Source: an uncultured Solirubrobacteraceae bacterium (GTDB lineage: Bacteria; Actinomycetota; Thermoleophilia; Solirubrobacterales; Solirubrobacteraceae). From it: a stretch of 64,000 nt of DNA. The notes beneath the pieces were generated by a model that saw only the letters and a program-made list of their open reading frames with translations, had not been told where the DNA came from and did no database searches. Below are positions 31,011-39,753 of the stretch, in pieces; the stretch's first letter is position 1; each line of letters opens with the position of its first letter. The DNA is taken from positions 888,249-952,248 of the forward strand of contig CAWHNO010000016.1 of assembly GCA_963830725.1 (NCBI GenBank), in the 5' to 3' direction. A program made the translations under genes and the position numbers.

Positions 31011-31245
31011 GGAGCTTGAATCACGTCACATCACGGACCTCGAAGTCGCATGATTTCCAGGGGATTCGCTCGCCCGCGGGATTCGACGGCGCAGGGGTCG
31101 GCGCCTGCATGGGTGGTTGCATCCGTGCGTTCTGCATGGCCGCTTGCGCGCGGGGCTAGGCTTCGGCCGGCCTTGTGGAGGACGTCGATCCGTGCCGCCG
31201 CGCTCGTCGCGGCCCGGCTCGGCGCCGGGCTGCGCTGAGCCCGCT

Positions 31246-32073
31246 TCAGGCCGGCACGACGGCGGGCAGCAGCGCCGCGGCGACGAGCAGCAGCACGGCG
31301 GGCACGAGCAGCAGCGCGACGACGAGCTGGATCTTCGGCGCGGCCTGGGCGGCGGCTTCGGCGGCGTGCTGCGCGGCCCGGGCGAGCGCGCCTCGCGCGG
31401 CCTGGGCGGCGAGCGCGGGACCAGCGGGGCGCCGTGGCGCTCGGCCCGCTCGAGCGCGGCGACGAGCAGCGGCCGACGCCGGCGGCCGGGCAGCGCGCGC
31501 TCGAGCTCGCCGTAGGCGTCCGCGCGCGGGATCGCCGAGGGCGGTCGCGACGGCGGTGCGGCTGAGCTCGCTCGCGAGCAGGCCGGGGTGGCGGCGGCCG
31601 ACCTCGGCGAGCGCGCGCCGCGGCGCGAGGCCGGCGGCGACGGCGACCCGCAGCAGGTCGAGCACGTCGGCGAGCTCGGCCTCGATCGCGCGCGCGCGCC
31701 GGCGGGTGCGGCGCCGGAGCGCAGGCGTCGGGCGCGAGGAAGCCGGCGGCCGGCGCGGCCACGAGCAGCGCCACGCCGGTGCGGCCGGGCGCGGCCGGCA
31801 GCGAGCGCCAGCGCGACCGCGAGGCCCGCCAGGGCGGCTCCGGCCTTCACCGCCATGAGGTCCTGCACCGACACCCTCAGGCCGGCGGCCTCGATCCGCC
31901 GGCGCAGGCTGCGCGGGGCGCGGGCGCCGAAGCCGCGCCCGAGCCGGGCGAGCAGCGCGACGCCGGCGCGCCCGGCGCGACGCCGCGGCAGGCGCGCCCC
32001 GAGCAGCACGTCGAGCAGCCCGGGCGGCGGCGAGCGCGCCGGCGGCGGCGGCGAGGACGACCGCGCGCGTCAT
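31246..32073 (-). pseudogene. tadC: Tad/Flp pilus assembly inner-membrane protein TadC (T2SSF family), frameshifted
   Basis: Readable segments are MTRAVVLAAAAGALAAA, ELADVLDLLRVAVAAGLAPRRALAEVGRRHPGLLASEL, and the C-terminal TM IQLVVALLLVPAVLLLVAAALL. The intervening stretches are out of frame. Confidence 0.7.
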
Positions 32074-32917
32074 CGCACCCGCGCGAGCCGGGCGACGGCC
32101 AGGATCGCCGTCGCCTGGAGGACGGCGGCCATCGCCACGAGCCAGACCGAGAGCGGGTGCTCGAGCAGGCCGGCGAGCAGACCGGGGCTCGCCAGCTCGG
32201 CGAGCGCCGCGGCAGCGGCCGGGAGCAGCGAGCACGAGCCGTGCCGTGAAGCGCGCCTGGGCGGTCGCGGCGAGGGCGTCGCGCCCGATCCGGTCGGCCG
32301 CCTCGAGCGCGGCGGCGTGGTCGCGCAGGAGGCCGGCAGGTCGCCGCCCGCGTCGCGCTGCAGCAGGATGCCGGCGACCATCGCGTCCCACGCCGGGTCG
32401 AGCGGCGCGCCGACGCAGGGCTTCGAGCGCGTCAGCGGTCGGGTCGCCGAGCGCGAGCGCGCGGGCGGTGGTCCGGAGCTCGTGGCCGGCCGCGCCGGGG
32501 ACGCCGCCGGCCGCGACCCCGATCGCGCCGCGGATCGAGTGGCCGGCGCCGACCGCGTCGGCGAGCGCGCGGGCCGCGCCGCGGCTCCCGCGCGCACGGC
32601 GCCGCGCGTAGCGGCGCCGCCGCGCCCGCACGGCCGCCGAGCACGAGCAGCGGGCCGAGAACCGCCGCGAACACGCCGAGCGCAGGGCCGCCGAGCAGCC
32701 AGCCGGCGGCGGCCAGCGCACCGGCCGCGAGCAGCGCCAGCCGGCGGCGCTCGGGCCGCGTCGGCGCGCGGCCTTCGTTGCCGGCGCGCACGAGCGGCTC
32801 GACGGCGCGCTCGAGCGCGGCGACCACGCGCGAGCGCTCGACCGCGGCGAGCACCTCCCACGCGCCGAGCACGCCGAGCGCGCCGGCGCCGAAGGCGAGC
32901 AGGGCGGACGCGCTCAT
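32070..32917 (-). pseudogene. tadB: Tad/Flp pilus assembly inner-membrane protein TadB (T2SSF family), frameshifted
   Basis: Segments MSASALLAFGAGALGVLGAWEVL, LADAVGAGHSIRGAI, DPAWDAMVAGILLQRDAGGDL, and the C-terminal TM LSVWLVAMAAVLQATAILAV are spread over three frames. Confidence 0.7.
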
Positions 32918-32957
32918 CCGGCGCCCGCGGCCGACCCGCCCACGCCGCCGGACCCGG

Positions 32958-34220
32958 TCATCCGGCGCCCCCGAGCGAGCCGCCGCCGCGCGCTACGGGC
33001 GCGGCTCGGTCCGTGTCGTGCTCGGCAGGCGCCGCTCCGTCGCCGCGCGCGGCCGCGAGCCGGGCCGCCAGGCCGTCGGTCAGCGCGGCTCGCCAGCGGC
33101 CGCGGCCGTCGCGCCACGCGTAGAGCTCGCGCGCGGCCGGGCCGGCGGCGACCCGGACCACCTCGGCGACGGCGACCACGCGGCGCGTGCCGTCGCCCGC
33201 GCGGGCCTGGCAGACCACGAGGTCGAACGCGTCGGCGACCTGCTCGCGGATCGCCGCGTGCGGGAGGCCGAGCTCGGCCATCAGCGCGAGCGTCTCGACG
33301 CGCCGCAGCGCCTCGGCCGGCGTGCCGGCGTGGATCGTGCACAGCGAGCCGTCGTGGCCGGTCGACAGCGCGGTCAGCATGTCGAGCGCCTCGGCGCCGC
33401 GGACCTCGCCGACGACGATCCGGTCGGGCCGCATCCGCAGCGCGTTGCGCACGAGCCGCCGGATCGTGACCTCGCCGCGGCCCTCGAGGTTCGGCGGACG
33501 GGCCTCGAGCCGGACCACGTGCGGCTGGCGCAGCCGCAGCTCGGCCGCGTCCTCGATCGTCACCACGCGCTCGCCGGCGCCGATGAAGCTCGACAGCACG
33601 TTCAGCGTCGTCGTCTTGCCCGAGCCGGTGCCGCCGCAGACGAGGATGCTCGCGCGGGCGCGCACCGCGCGCGCGAGGAAGTCGAGCAGCGGGCGCGTGA
33701 GGGTGCCGTTGGCGACCAGGTCCTCCGCGCTGAACCCGCGACGGCGGAAACGGCGGATCGTGAGCACCGGGCCGTCGAGCGCCAGCGGCGGGATCACCAC
33801 GTTCACGCGCGAGCCGTCGGGAAGCCGGGCGTCGACGAGCGGCTCGGCCTCGTCGACGCGCCGCCCGAGCGGCGCGAGGATCCGCTCGATCGCGTCGCGC
33901 AGCTCGCGCTCGCGCTCGAATCGCACCGACGTCCGCTCGAGCCGCCCGCCGCGCTCGACCCAGACGGGCGCGGTTCCGGAGACCATCACCTCGTCGACCG
34001 CCGGATCGGCGAGCAGCGGCTCCAGCGGCCCGAGCCCGAACGCCCGCTCGGCGATCCGGCCCGCCAGCTCGGCGCGCACGCCCTCCTCGAGGACGGCCGC
34101 CTCGCGGTCCACCAGCGCCCGGATGCGAACCGTGAGGTCCTCCCCGGGCTCGCTCTCGTCGGCGAGCAGACGGTCGCGCAGTTCGGCGGCCAGCCGGTCG
34201 AGGTCGTCGCGCACGTCCAC
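32958..34220 (-). CDS. cpaF: CpaF/TadA-family type IV secretion/pilus ATPase
   Basis: Walker A GGTGSGKTT, VVTIEDAAEL, Walker B RIVVGEVRGAEA and His box GSLCTIHAG. 420 aa, intact. Confidence 0.92.
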   Translation of the reverse strand: MDVRDDLDRLAAELRDRLLADESEPGEDLTVRIRALVDREAAVLEEGVRAELAGRIAERAFGLGPLEPLLADPAVDEVMVSGTAPVWVERGGRLERTSVRFERERELRDAIERILAPLGRRVDEAEPLVDARLPDGSRVNVVIPPLALDGPVLTIRRFRRRGFSAEDLVANGTLTRPLLDFLARAVRARASILVCGGTGSGKTTTLNVLSSFIGAGERVVTIEDAAELRLRQPHVVRLEARPPNLEGRGEVTIRRLVRNALRMRPDRIVVGEVRGAEALDMLTALSTGHDGSLCTIHAGTPAEALRRVETLALMAELGLPHAAIREQVADAFDLVVCQARAGDGTRRVVAVAEVVRVAAGPAARELYAWRDGRGRWRAALTDGLAARLAAARGDGAAPAEHDTDRAAPVARGGGSLGGAG

Positions 34221-34348
34221 GCACGTATGAGGGCGCCGGCGCGCGGGTTCGCCCCCTCGCGTCGACGAACGTCAACCATCGCGGGTCGCTGGGCGGCGCC
34301 CCGGCTCACCACCCTCCTCACCCAGCAAGCAGTTGACGTTGTCCGACG

Positions 34349-35038
34349 CTAATCGGCCCCCACGCTCAGATCGTCGCCTACCACGGTCGCGCCGGCGCGC
34401 CGCCGGTCGCCGGGCGCCCGCGCGAGCAGCCTGATCTCGCCGGCGAAGGCGCCGGCGGCGGCGAGGTAGACGGCCTGGCGGACGGTGACGCGCAGAGTGG
34501 CCGCCACCTGCGGCGCGGCGTCTTCGCGTGCCGCGCGCGGGAGTGCGCGGGCGGCGAGCACCTCGACGTCCTCGAGTGCCAGCCGTGTGTCGCCGGCCCC
34601 GTCGCCGCCGCGCTCGCGCGTGACGACGACGTCGACGCGAGCGCCCGCCACGACGTGGGCCGGGGAGCCGTGTGCCACCAGCTCGGCCGCCCGCTCGCCG
34701 CGCCGGACCGCGGGCCCGGGCGCGAGCGCCCGCTCGAGCAGGTGCTCGCCGACCGGCGCTCCCGCGGGCACCGCGACCGCGAGCCGCTCGCCCACGACCA
34801 GCTCCGGCACCGCGGGGGCGCCCGCCGGCGCGAACCGCTCCGGCACGCCCCGCACGGCGAGATCGCCGGCCCCCACGCGCCGCCCCGCGGCGAGCGGCAC
34901 GCGCGCGACGAGCACCTCGACGGCCGGCCCGACCTGGGCGCGCAGAGCACCCTCGCGCCGCGCGACGTCGGAGGCCGCCAGCGACCCGAGCACGAGCGCG
35001 AGGCCGAGCAGGAGCGCAGCCCGCCGCCTACGGCTCAC
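34349..35038 (-). CDS. cpaB: Flp pilus assembly protein CpaB (SAF + RcpC domains)
   Basis: N-terminal TM RRRAALLLGLALVLGSLAA followed by VLVARVPLAAGRRVGAGDL (SAF-like). 229 aa, located upstream of cpaF. Confidence 0.8.
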   Translation of the reverse strand: MSRRRRAALLLGLALVLGSLAASDVARREGALRAQVGPAVEVLVARVPLAAGRRVGAGDLAVRGVPERFAPAGAPAVPELVVGERLAVAVPAGAPVGEHLLERALAPGPAVRRGERAAELVAHGSPAHVVAGARVDVVVTRERGGDGAGDTRLALEDVEVLAARALPRAAREDAAPQVAATLRVTVRQAVYLAAAGAFAGEIRLLARAPGDRRRAGATVVGDDLSVGAD

Positions 35039-35787
35039 GATCGATGGAGGGAGCCGGCCGCCCGCGCAGGCGGCTCGAGGGAACGAACCGGGGGCGAACG
35101 GACGGCCGGCGAGTCCGGTCGGGCCCGGTGGCGGGAAGCTCGATGACGAGGTGGGCGCCGCGCGCCGCGGGGACGCTCGTCAGCCGGCCGCCGTGGCGCT
35201 CGGCGATCGCGGCCGCGATGGCGAGGCCGTGGCCGCGCCGGGAGCGGCGCCCGCGCGCGGCGGCGACGAGCTCGGGGACGGGCGCGGGCAGGCCCGGGCC
35301 GAGGTCCGCGACCTCGATCCGGACGCGGGCGCCGGCCGCCCGCGCCGACACCCGCACGCTGCCGCCGCCGTGCTCGACCGCGTTTGCGACGAGGTTCCCG
35401 CAGGCCTGGGCCAGCCGCAGCGGGTCCCCGTCCACCCACGCCCGCTCAGGCTCGACCCACAGGACCGCGCCATGAGCCAAGGCCAGCGCCCGCCACGCAT
35501 CCGCGGCCTCGCCCAGCAGCTTGCCCGACATCGAGCCGCTCGCACCGCGAGCGCCCCCCACGCCCGCCGGCGAGGTCGTCCAGCGCGAGCGCGGCCCGGC
35601 GCAGCTCGAGGTCGATCGCCTCGACCCGCGCGGACCGCTCGAGCCCGTGCAATGCCAGCCGGGCCGTCGACAGCGGCCCGCGGACCTCGTGGCCCGCCCG
35701 CGCCGCCAGCACGAGCTGTCGCCGCCCGCGCAGATGGAGCGCGCTCGCGGCCAGCGCCCAGGCGAGCAGGGCCAGCCAGCCGCTCAC
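35028..35787 (-). pseudogene. Minimal sensor histidine kinase (one TM, DHp, HATPase_c), with one frame shift near 35560
   Basis: H-box HEVRGPLSTA, N-box NLVANAVEHG, G1 DLGPGL and G2 GHGLAIA. The GTG start sits in a GTGA overlap with the regulator gene. Length 760 nt. Confidence 0.8.
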
Positions 35788-36515
35788 GCCGCCCGCTCCT
35801 CGAGCGCCGGCCCGTCGATCAGCCGGTAGCCGACGCCCCAGACGTTGACCACGAAGCGGTCGCCGTCGACGGCGAGCTTGTGCCGCAGCCGGCAGGCGTG
35901 GCTGTCCAAGGTCCGGGTCGTGCCGAGCGACCTGAAGCCCCAGACGTCGCGCAGCAGCTCCTCCTTGGTCAGCACCCGGGTCGGCTCGGCGGCCAGCGCG
36001 CGGAGCAGCGCGAACTCCTTCTGCGACAGGTCGATCCGGCGGCCGCGCAGCCGCACCTCGCGCGAGGCGGGGTCGAGCTCCAGCTCCCCCGCGCGCAGCC
36101 GCCCGCGGCCGCCGCGGTCGCGCGTCCGCCGCAGCAGGGCGGCGATCCGCAGCCTCAGCTCCCCGTAGGCGAAGGGTTTCGGAACGAAATCGTCGGCCCC
36201 GCGCTCGAACCCGCGCACGCGGTCGAGCTCGGTCGCCCGGCCCGACAGCACGAGCAGCGGCAGCCGCGGATCGAGCCGCGAGGCGACCCCGTCCGCCGCC
36301 CGCACGCGCGCGATCAGCTCCAGCCCCGAACCGTCGGGCAGCGCGAGGTCGACGATCGCCAGGTCCGGCCGCCGGTACTCGAGCTCGCGCAGCCCGTCGT
36401 GCAGCGTCTCGGCCGGGATCAGCTCGTAGCCGTCGGCGGTCAGGTTGTCGGCCAGGAAGGTGCGTAGGACCGGGTCGTCCTCCACCAGCACGATCGTCGG
36501 GGCGTCGGCGCACAT
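35784..36515 (-). CDS. OmpR/PhoB-family response regulator
   Basis: Receiver domain (IVLVEDDP...DLAIVDLALPDGSG...KPF) plus a winged-helix output (LSQKEFALLRALA...TRTLDSHACRLRHKL). 243 aa from the ATG at 36515. Confidence 0.92.
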   Translation of the reverse strand: MCADAPTIVLVEDDPVLRTFLADNLTADGYELIPAETLHDGLRELEYRRPDLAIVDLALPDGSGLELIARVRAADGVASRLDPRLPLLVLSGRATELDRVRGFERGADDFVPKPFAYGELRLRIAALLRRTRDRGGRGRLRAGELELDPASREVRLRGRRIDLSQKEFALLRALAAEPTRVLTKEELLRDVWGFRSLGTTRTLDSHACRLRHKLAVDGDRFVVNVWGVGYRLIDGPALEERAA

Positions 36516-36567
36516 GCCGCCCCGATTAGCCCCCGGCGAGCAAACCTCGCCCCCGTAGAATCCCGCG

Positions 36568-36973
36568 ATGGCCCGGATCGTCCGCCGCACCGAGGTCAAC
36601 GAGTGCCGGCAGTGCTCGACGTTCTGCGATCGCGTGATCGCGCCTGCCACCTGCGTCGCTGACGACTGCCCGTACCTCTACGCGTACGACGACCCGCTGT
36701 CCGGCCGCCGCTACATGGGCTGCGTGCAGCAGGTGTTCGCGACCGAGATCGACGTCGACCTGTTCCGGGCGGCCGAACGGACCCGCGTCGGCTTCGGCAC
36801 CGTGCGCATGGCGGCCGCCCCGCTGCCCCGCTGCCGCTTCACCGTCGAGCAGGCCTACGACGGCCGTGGACGCAACGGCCTACCAGTGCGTCAACAAGCG
36901 CTTCTTCGACTGGCCGGAGGCCGGCCCCGAGGGCATCCGGGCGTTCGACCTGCGAGACCGTTGCGACCGGTGA
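36568..36973 (+). pseudogene. Cysteine-rich hypothetical protein (~134 aa), with one frame shift near 36870
   Basis: NECRQCSTFCDRVIAPATCVADDCPYLYAYDD...MGC...PRCRF then, after the shift, AYQCVNKRFFDWPEAGPEGIRAFDLRDRCDR*. Lies divergent to the response regulator. Confidence 0.5.
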
Positions 36974-37018
36974 AAGATCTGTCTCAGCGGCAGCACCCAG
37001 GGAGGACTCAGGCTTAAG

Positions 37019-37519
37019 ATGCAGACGCCCCGGCGGGGACCGGGCCCCACCACCATGGACCCACTTCCGCGCGGCAATTACGACTCAGGACAGGACTACG
37101 TCCTCGAGTACGGCGAGCTTCGATTCACCTTCAACGAGCGGGACTTCGCGGAGCGGGTCGAGCAGGCGGCGCGCAAGCTGGGATTCGTCGACGGACGGCT
37201 CGATCCGAACGAGCTCGAGGACCTCGTGAACCTCGCCGTCAACGGCGAGATCCAGGACCCGGCGTCCGCGCTCGGCGAGCACGTCAACGACTGCTGGCCG
37301 GAGCTCGTCGGCCCCGCCGACCGCTCGCTCGTGCACTGGCTGCGGCGGCTCGTGTTCCGCTCCGCCTGGCTCGACCAGCGCGTGAAGGAGGGCGAGCTCG
37401 ACGTCATCTACGACGACGCCACGTCCACCTTCGGCTACGTACAGCCGGAGCAGGACCGCGAGCCGATCGAGCTCTCGCCCGAGCCCAACTGGCAGCGCGT
37501 GGCGTACAGCCGGCGCTAG
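37019..37519 (+). CDS. Hypothetical protein (166 aa, acidic)
   Basis: Balanced composition and GC3 bias (YVLEYGELRFTFNERDFAERVEQAARKLGF...). No recognisable motif. Converges on rho with a 4-nt overlap. Confidence 0.55.
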   Translation: MQTPRRGPGPTTMDPLPRGNYDSGQDYVLEYGELRFTFNERDFAERVEQAARKLGFVDGRLDPNELEDLVNLAVNGEIQDPASALGEHVNDCWPELVGPADRSLVHWLRRLVFRSAWLDQRVKEGELDVIYDDATSTFGYVQPEQDREPIELSPEPNWQRVAYSRR

Positions 37520-38785
37520 CCCGACAGCGCGTCGGCGCGCGTGCGGGCGATCGCCTCGGCGCCCGCCTCGCCGACCAGCAGCTCCGGCCGCACGACGCCC
37601 GAGGCCGCGAGGTCGAGCGCCGGGAAGCGCCCGAGCGCGGTGAGCGTCGGGTCGAGCGCGACCACCGTGGTCTCGCCGCCGAACGGCGCCGCGGCCGTGG
37701 CCACCACCGTGAGCGAGCCGCCGTCGGCGATGTTGCGCGCCGCGGCCAGCGCGCGCCGGGCCGCCTGCGCGGGCAGGTGGTCGAGCGTGTCGACCAGGAC
37801 GACCGCGTCGCCGCCGCGGGCCGCGACGCGGCGACCCTGCTCGATCGCCTGCTCGACGGCCTGCGCCTGGGCGTCGTGCGAGGCGGCGAAGGACAGCGCC
37901 GTGACCGGCTCGACCGACCCGCCGCGCCACTCGGCGACCTCCTCCGGGCGAACGCCGGCGAGCACGAGCGACAGCTCGAGGCCCTCGAGCGCGCCCAGCG
38001 CGCCGGCCAGCCGGCGCAGGGCCTCGCTCTTGCCGGCCCGCGCCGGGCCGGCGATCACCACGCGCGAGCCCTTGCCGAACGGCGTCAGCCACTCGATCGC
38101 CTTGACGGTCGGGTCCTCGGAGCCGAGCTCGAAGCGCTCGCCCGGGAACGCCGCGGGCAGGTCCTCGAAGCGCGTGCCCTCGGCGACCTCGTCGGCGGGC
38201 CGGTCGTTGATCGTGTCGACGCGGATCAGCGACGGGAACCGCTCCGAGCGGCGCGCGGCCCGCACCGGGCCGGCGATCCGGTCGCCCGAGACCAGCTCGC
38301 AGCGCTTGACCTGGGCCGCGGAGATGTAGACGTCGTCGTCGGTCGGCTCGGGCGGCGCGAGGCGGATGAAGCCGGAGCCGTTGGCGAGCAGCTCGACGAC
38401 GCCCTCGACGACTCGGTCGTCCTCGGCGGCCACGGGCTCGTCGCCCGCGTCCTCGTCGGTGGCGCCGTCCTCGGCCGCGCGCCCCCGGCCACGGCCGCGG
38501 CCGCCGCGCCGCCCGCGGCGCGGGCGCTTGGCGCCCTCGTCCTCCTCGTCGGGGGCAACCTCCTCGGGGGCGGCTTCGCTCGGGGCGGCTTCCTCGGGGG
38601 CGGCTTCCTCGGGGGCGGCTTCCTCGGGTAGCGGCCTCGTCGCCCGACTGGCGCGCGACGATGGCGTCGATCAGCTCCTCCTTGCGCAGACGGCGGAAGC
38701 CGTCGACGCCGAGCTCGTTGGCGAGCAGGTGAAGGTCGGCGAGCGGGCTCTGCTCCAGCTCGGACCGGTCCAGGACGGCGGACAT
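37516..38785 (-). pseudogene. rho: Transcription termination factor Rho (divergent), with one frame shift near 38628 inside a repeat insertion
   Basis: Rho_N LADLHLLANELGVDGFRRLRKEELIDAI; an acidic/RG-rich insert; cold-shock-like GVVELLANGSGFIRL...YISAAQVKRCELVSGD; Walker A GPARAGKS; Walker B VVLVDTL. Confidence 0.85.
38561..38637 (-). repeat. 15-nt tandem repeat (peptide PEEAA, 4-5 copies) in the Rho insertion domain
   Basis: CGGGGGCGGCTTCCT-type units are read directly. The Rho frame shift falls at the repeat edge. Confidence 0.6.
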
Positions 38786-38862
38786 GTGTGTCTCCTCGGT
38801 GATTCGGATGGTTGGTTGGCATCCGGGCGCGTTGTGCGCAGCGCCCGGCAACCCCGTTTGCG

Positions 38863-39753
38863 TCAGTCAGGGTAGCGGTCGGGGGTGAGCCCTTCCTCCG
38901 GCGCCAGCTCGAGATCCCCGCGCAGAGCGGCGTGCACGCGCAGGAAGTCGGCGGCCGCCGCGACGTCGTGCACGCGCAGCACGTGCGCGCCCGCCTCGAC
39001 ACCGTGGGCGACCGCAGCCAGGGTGCCGGCCAGCCGCTCGCGCGGGGGGCGGCCGGTCAGCGCGCCGACGAAGTCCTTGTTCGAGATCGCCAGCAGCAGC
39101 GGGCGGCCGAGCTCGTGCAGCATGTCGAGCCGCCGCAGCACGGCCACGGTCTGCGCGGGCGTCTTCGCGAAGTCGGGGCCGGGGTCGAGCAGCAGCTGCT
39201 CGGGATCGACCCCGCGGGCGATCGCAAGCGCCATCCGCTCGTGCAGGAAGCCGGCCACGTCGGCGGCCACGTCGTCGTAGCGGCCGGGGTCGAGCAGCGT
39301 GCCCTTCGGCGCGACCCGCGTGTGCATGAGCACGAGGCCGGCGCCGGTCCGCGCACAGACGTCGGCCAGCGCAACGTCGCGCAGCCCGGAGACGTCGTTG
39401 ACGAGCACCGCGCCCGCGGCGACGGCCGCCTCGGCGACCTGCGGCTTGTACGTGTCGACCGAGACTGCCGCGCCGAGGCCGGTCAGCCGCTCGATCAGCG
39501 GCACGACGCGGGAGATCTCCTCCCCCGCCGAGACGGCCGGCGTGTCGCCGCGCGCCGACTCGCCGCCGACGTCGATCAGGTCCGCGCCGGCCTCGAGCAG
39601 CTCCGCCCCGCGCGCCACCCGCGCCTCCAGCGTCGGCAGGTCGTCGCCGTCGGAGAAGGAGTCCGGCGACGCGTTGACGATGCCCATCAGCAGCGGCCGC
39701 GACCCGAGCTCGATTACCCGGCCGCGCAGTCGCAGGAAGAGCGGTCTCGTCAC
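38863..39753 (-). CDS. folP: Dihydropteroate synthase
   Basis: MGIVNASPDSFSDGD, IDVGGESAR, SVDTYK, VNDVSG and DPGPDFAKT. The GTG start sits in a GTGA overlap with the upstream gene. Confidence 0.93.
   Translation of the reverse strand: MTRPLFLRLRGRVIELGSRPLLMGIVNASPDSFSDGDDLPTLEARVARGAELLEAGADLIDVGGESARGDTPAVSAGEEISRVVPLIERLTGLGAAVSVDTYKPQVAEAAVAAGAVLVNDVSGLRDVALADVCARTGAGLVLMHTRVAPKGTLLDPGRYDDVAADVAGFLHERMALAIARGVDPEQLLLDPGPDFAKTPAQTVAVLRRLDMLHELGRPLLLAISNKDFVGALTGRPPRERLAGTLAAVAHGVEAGAHVLRVHDVAAAADFLRVHAALRGDLELAPEEGLTPDRYPD

Noticed and set aside
31030-31245. Small ORFs after tadC (e.g. MQNARMQPPMQAPTPAPSNPAGERIPWKSCDFEVRDVT) as possible Flp pilins.
   Set aside because: None has the Flp leader/G-XXXXEY motif or a hydrophobic helix in any frame. 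Codon usage is not coding-like.
38561-38637. Short tandem repeats (here and at 28877-28941) as possible CRISPR or minisatellite elements.
   Set aside because: The units are 15 and 21 nt, in frame, lie inside rho and ftsL coding sequence, and have no spacers. They are coding low-complexity repeats. No CRISPR array was seen anywhere in the window.
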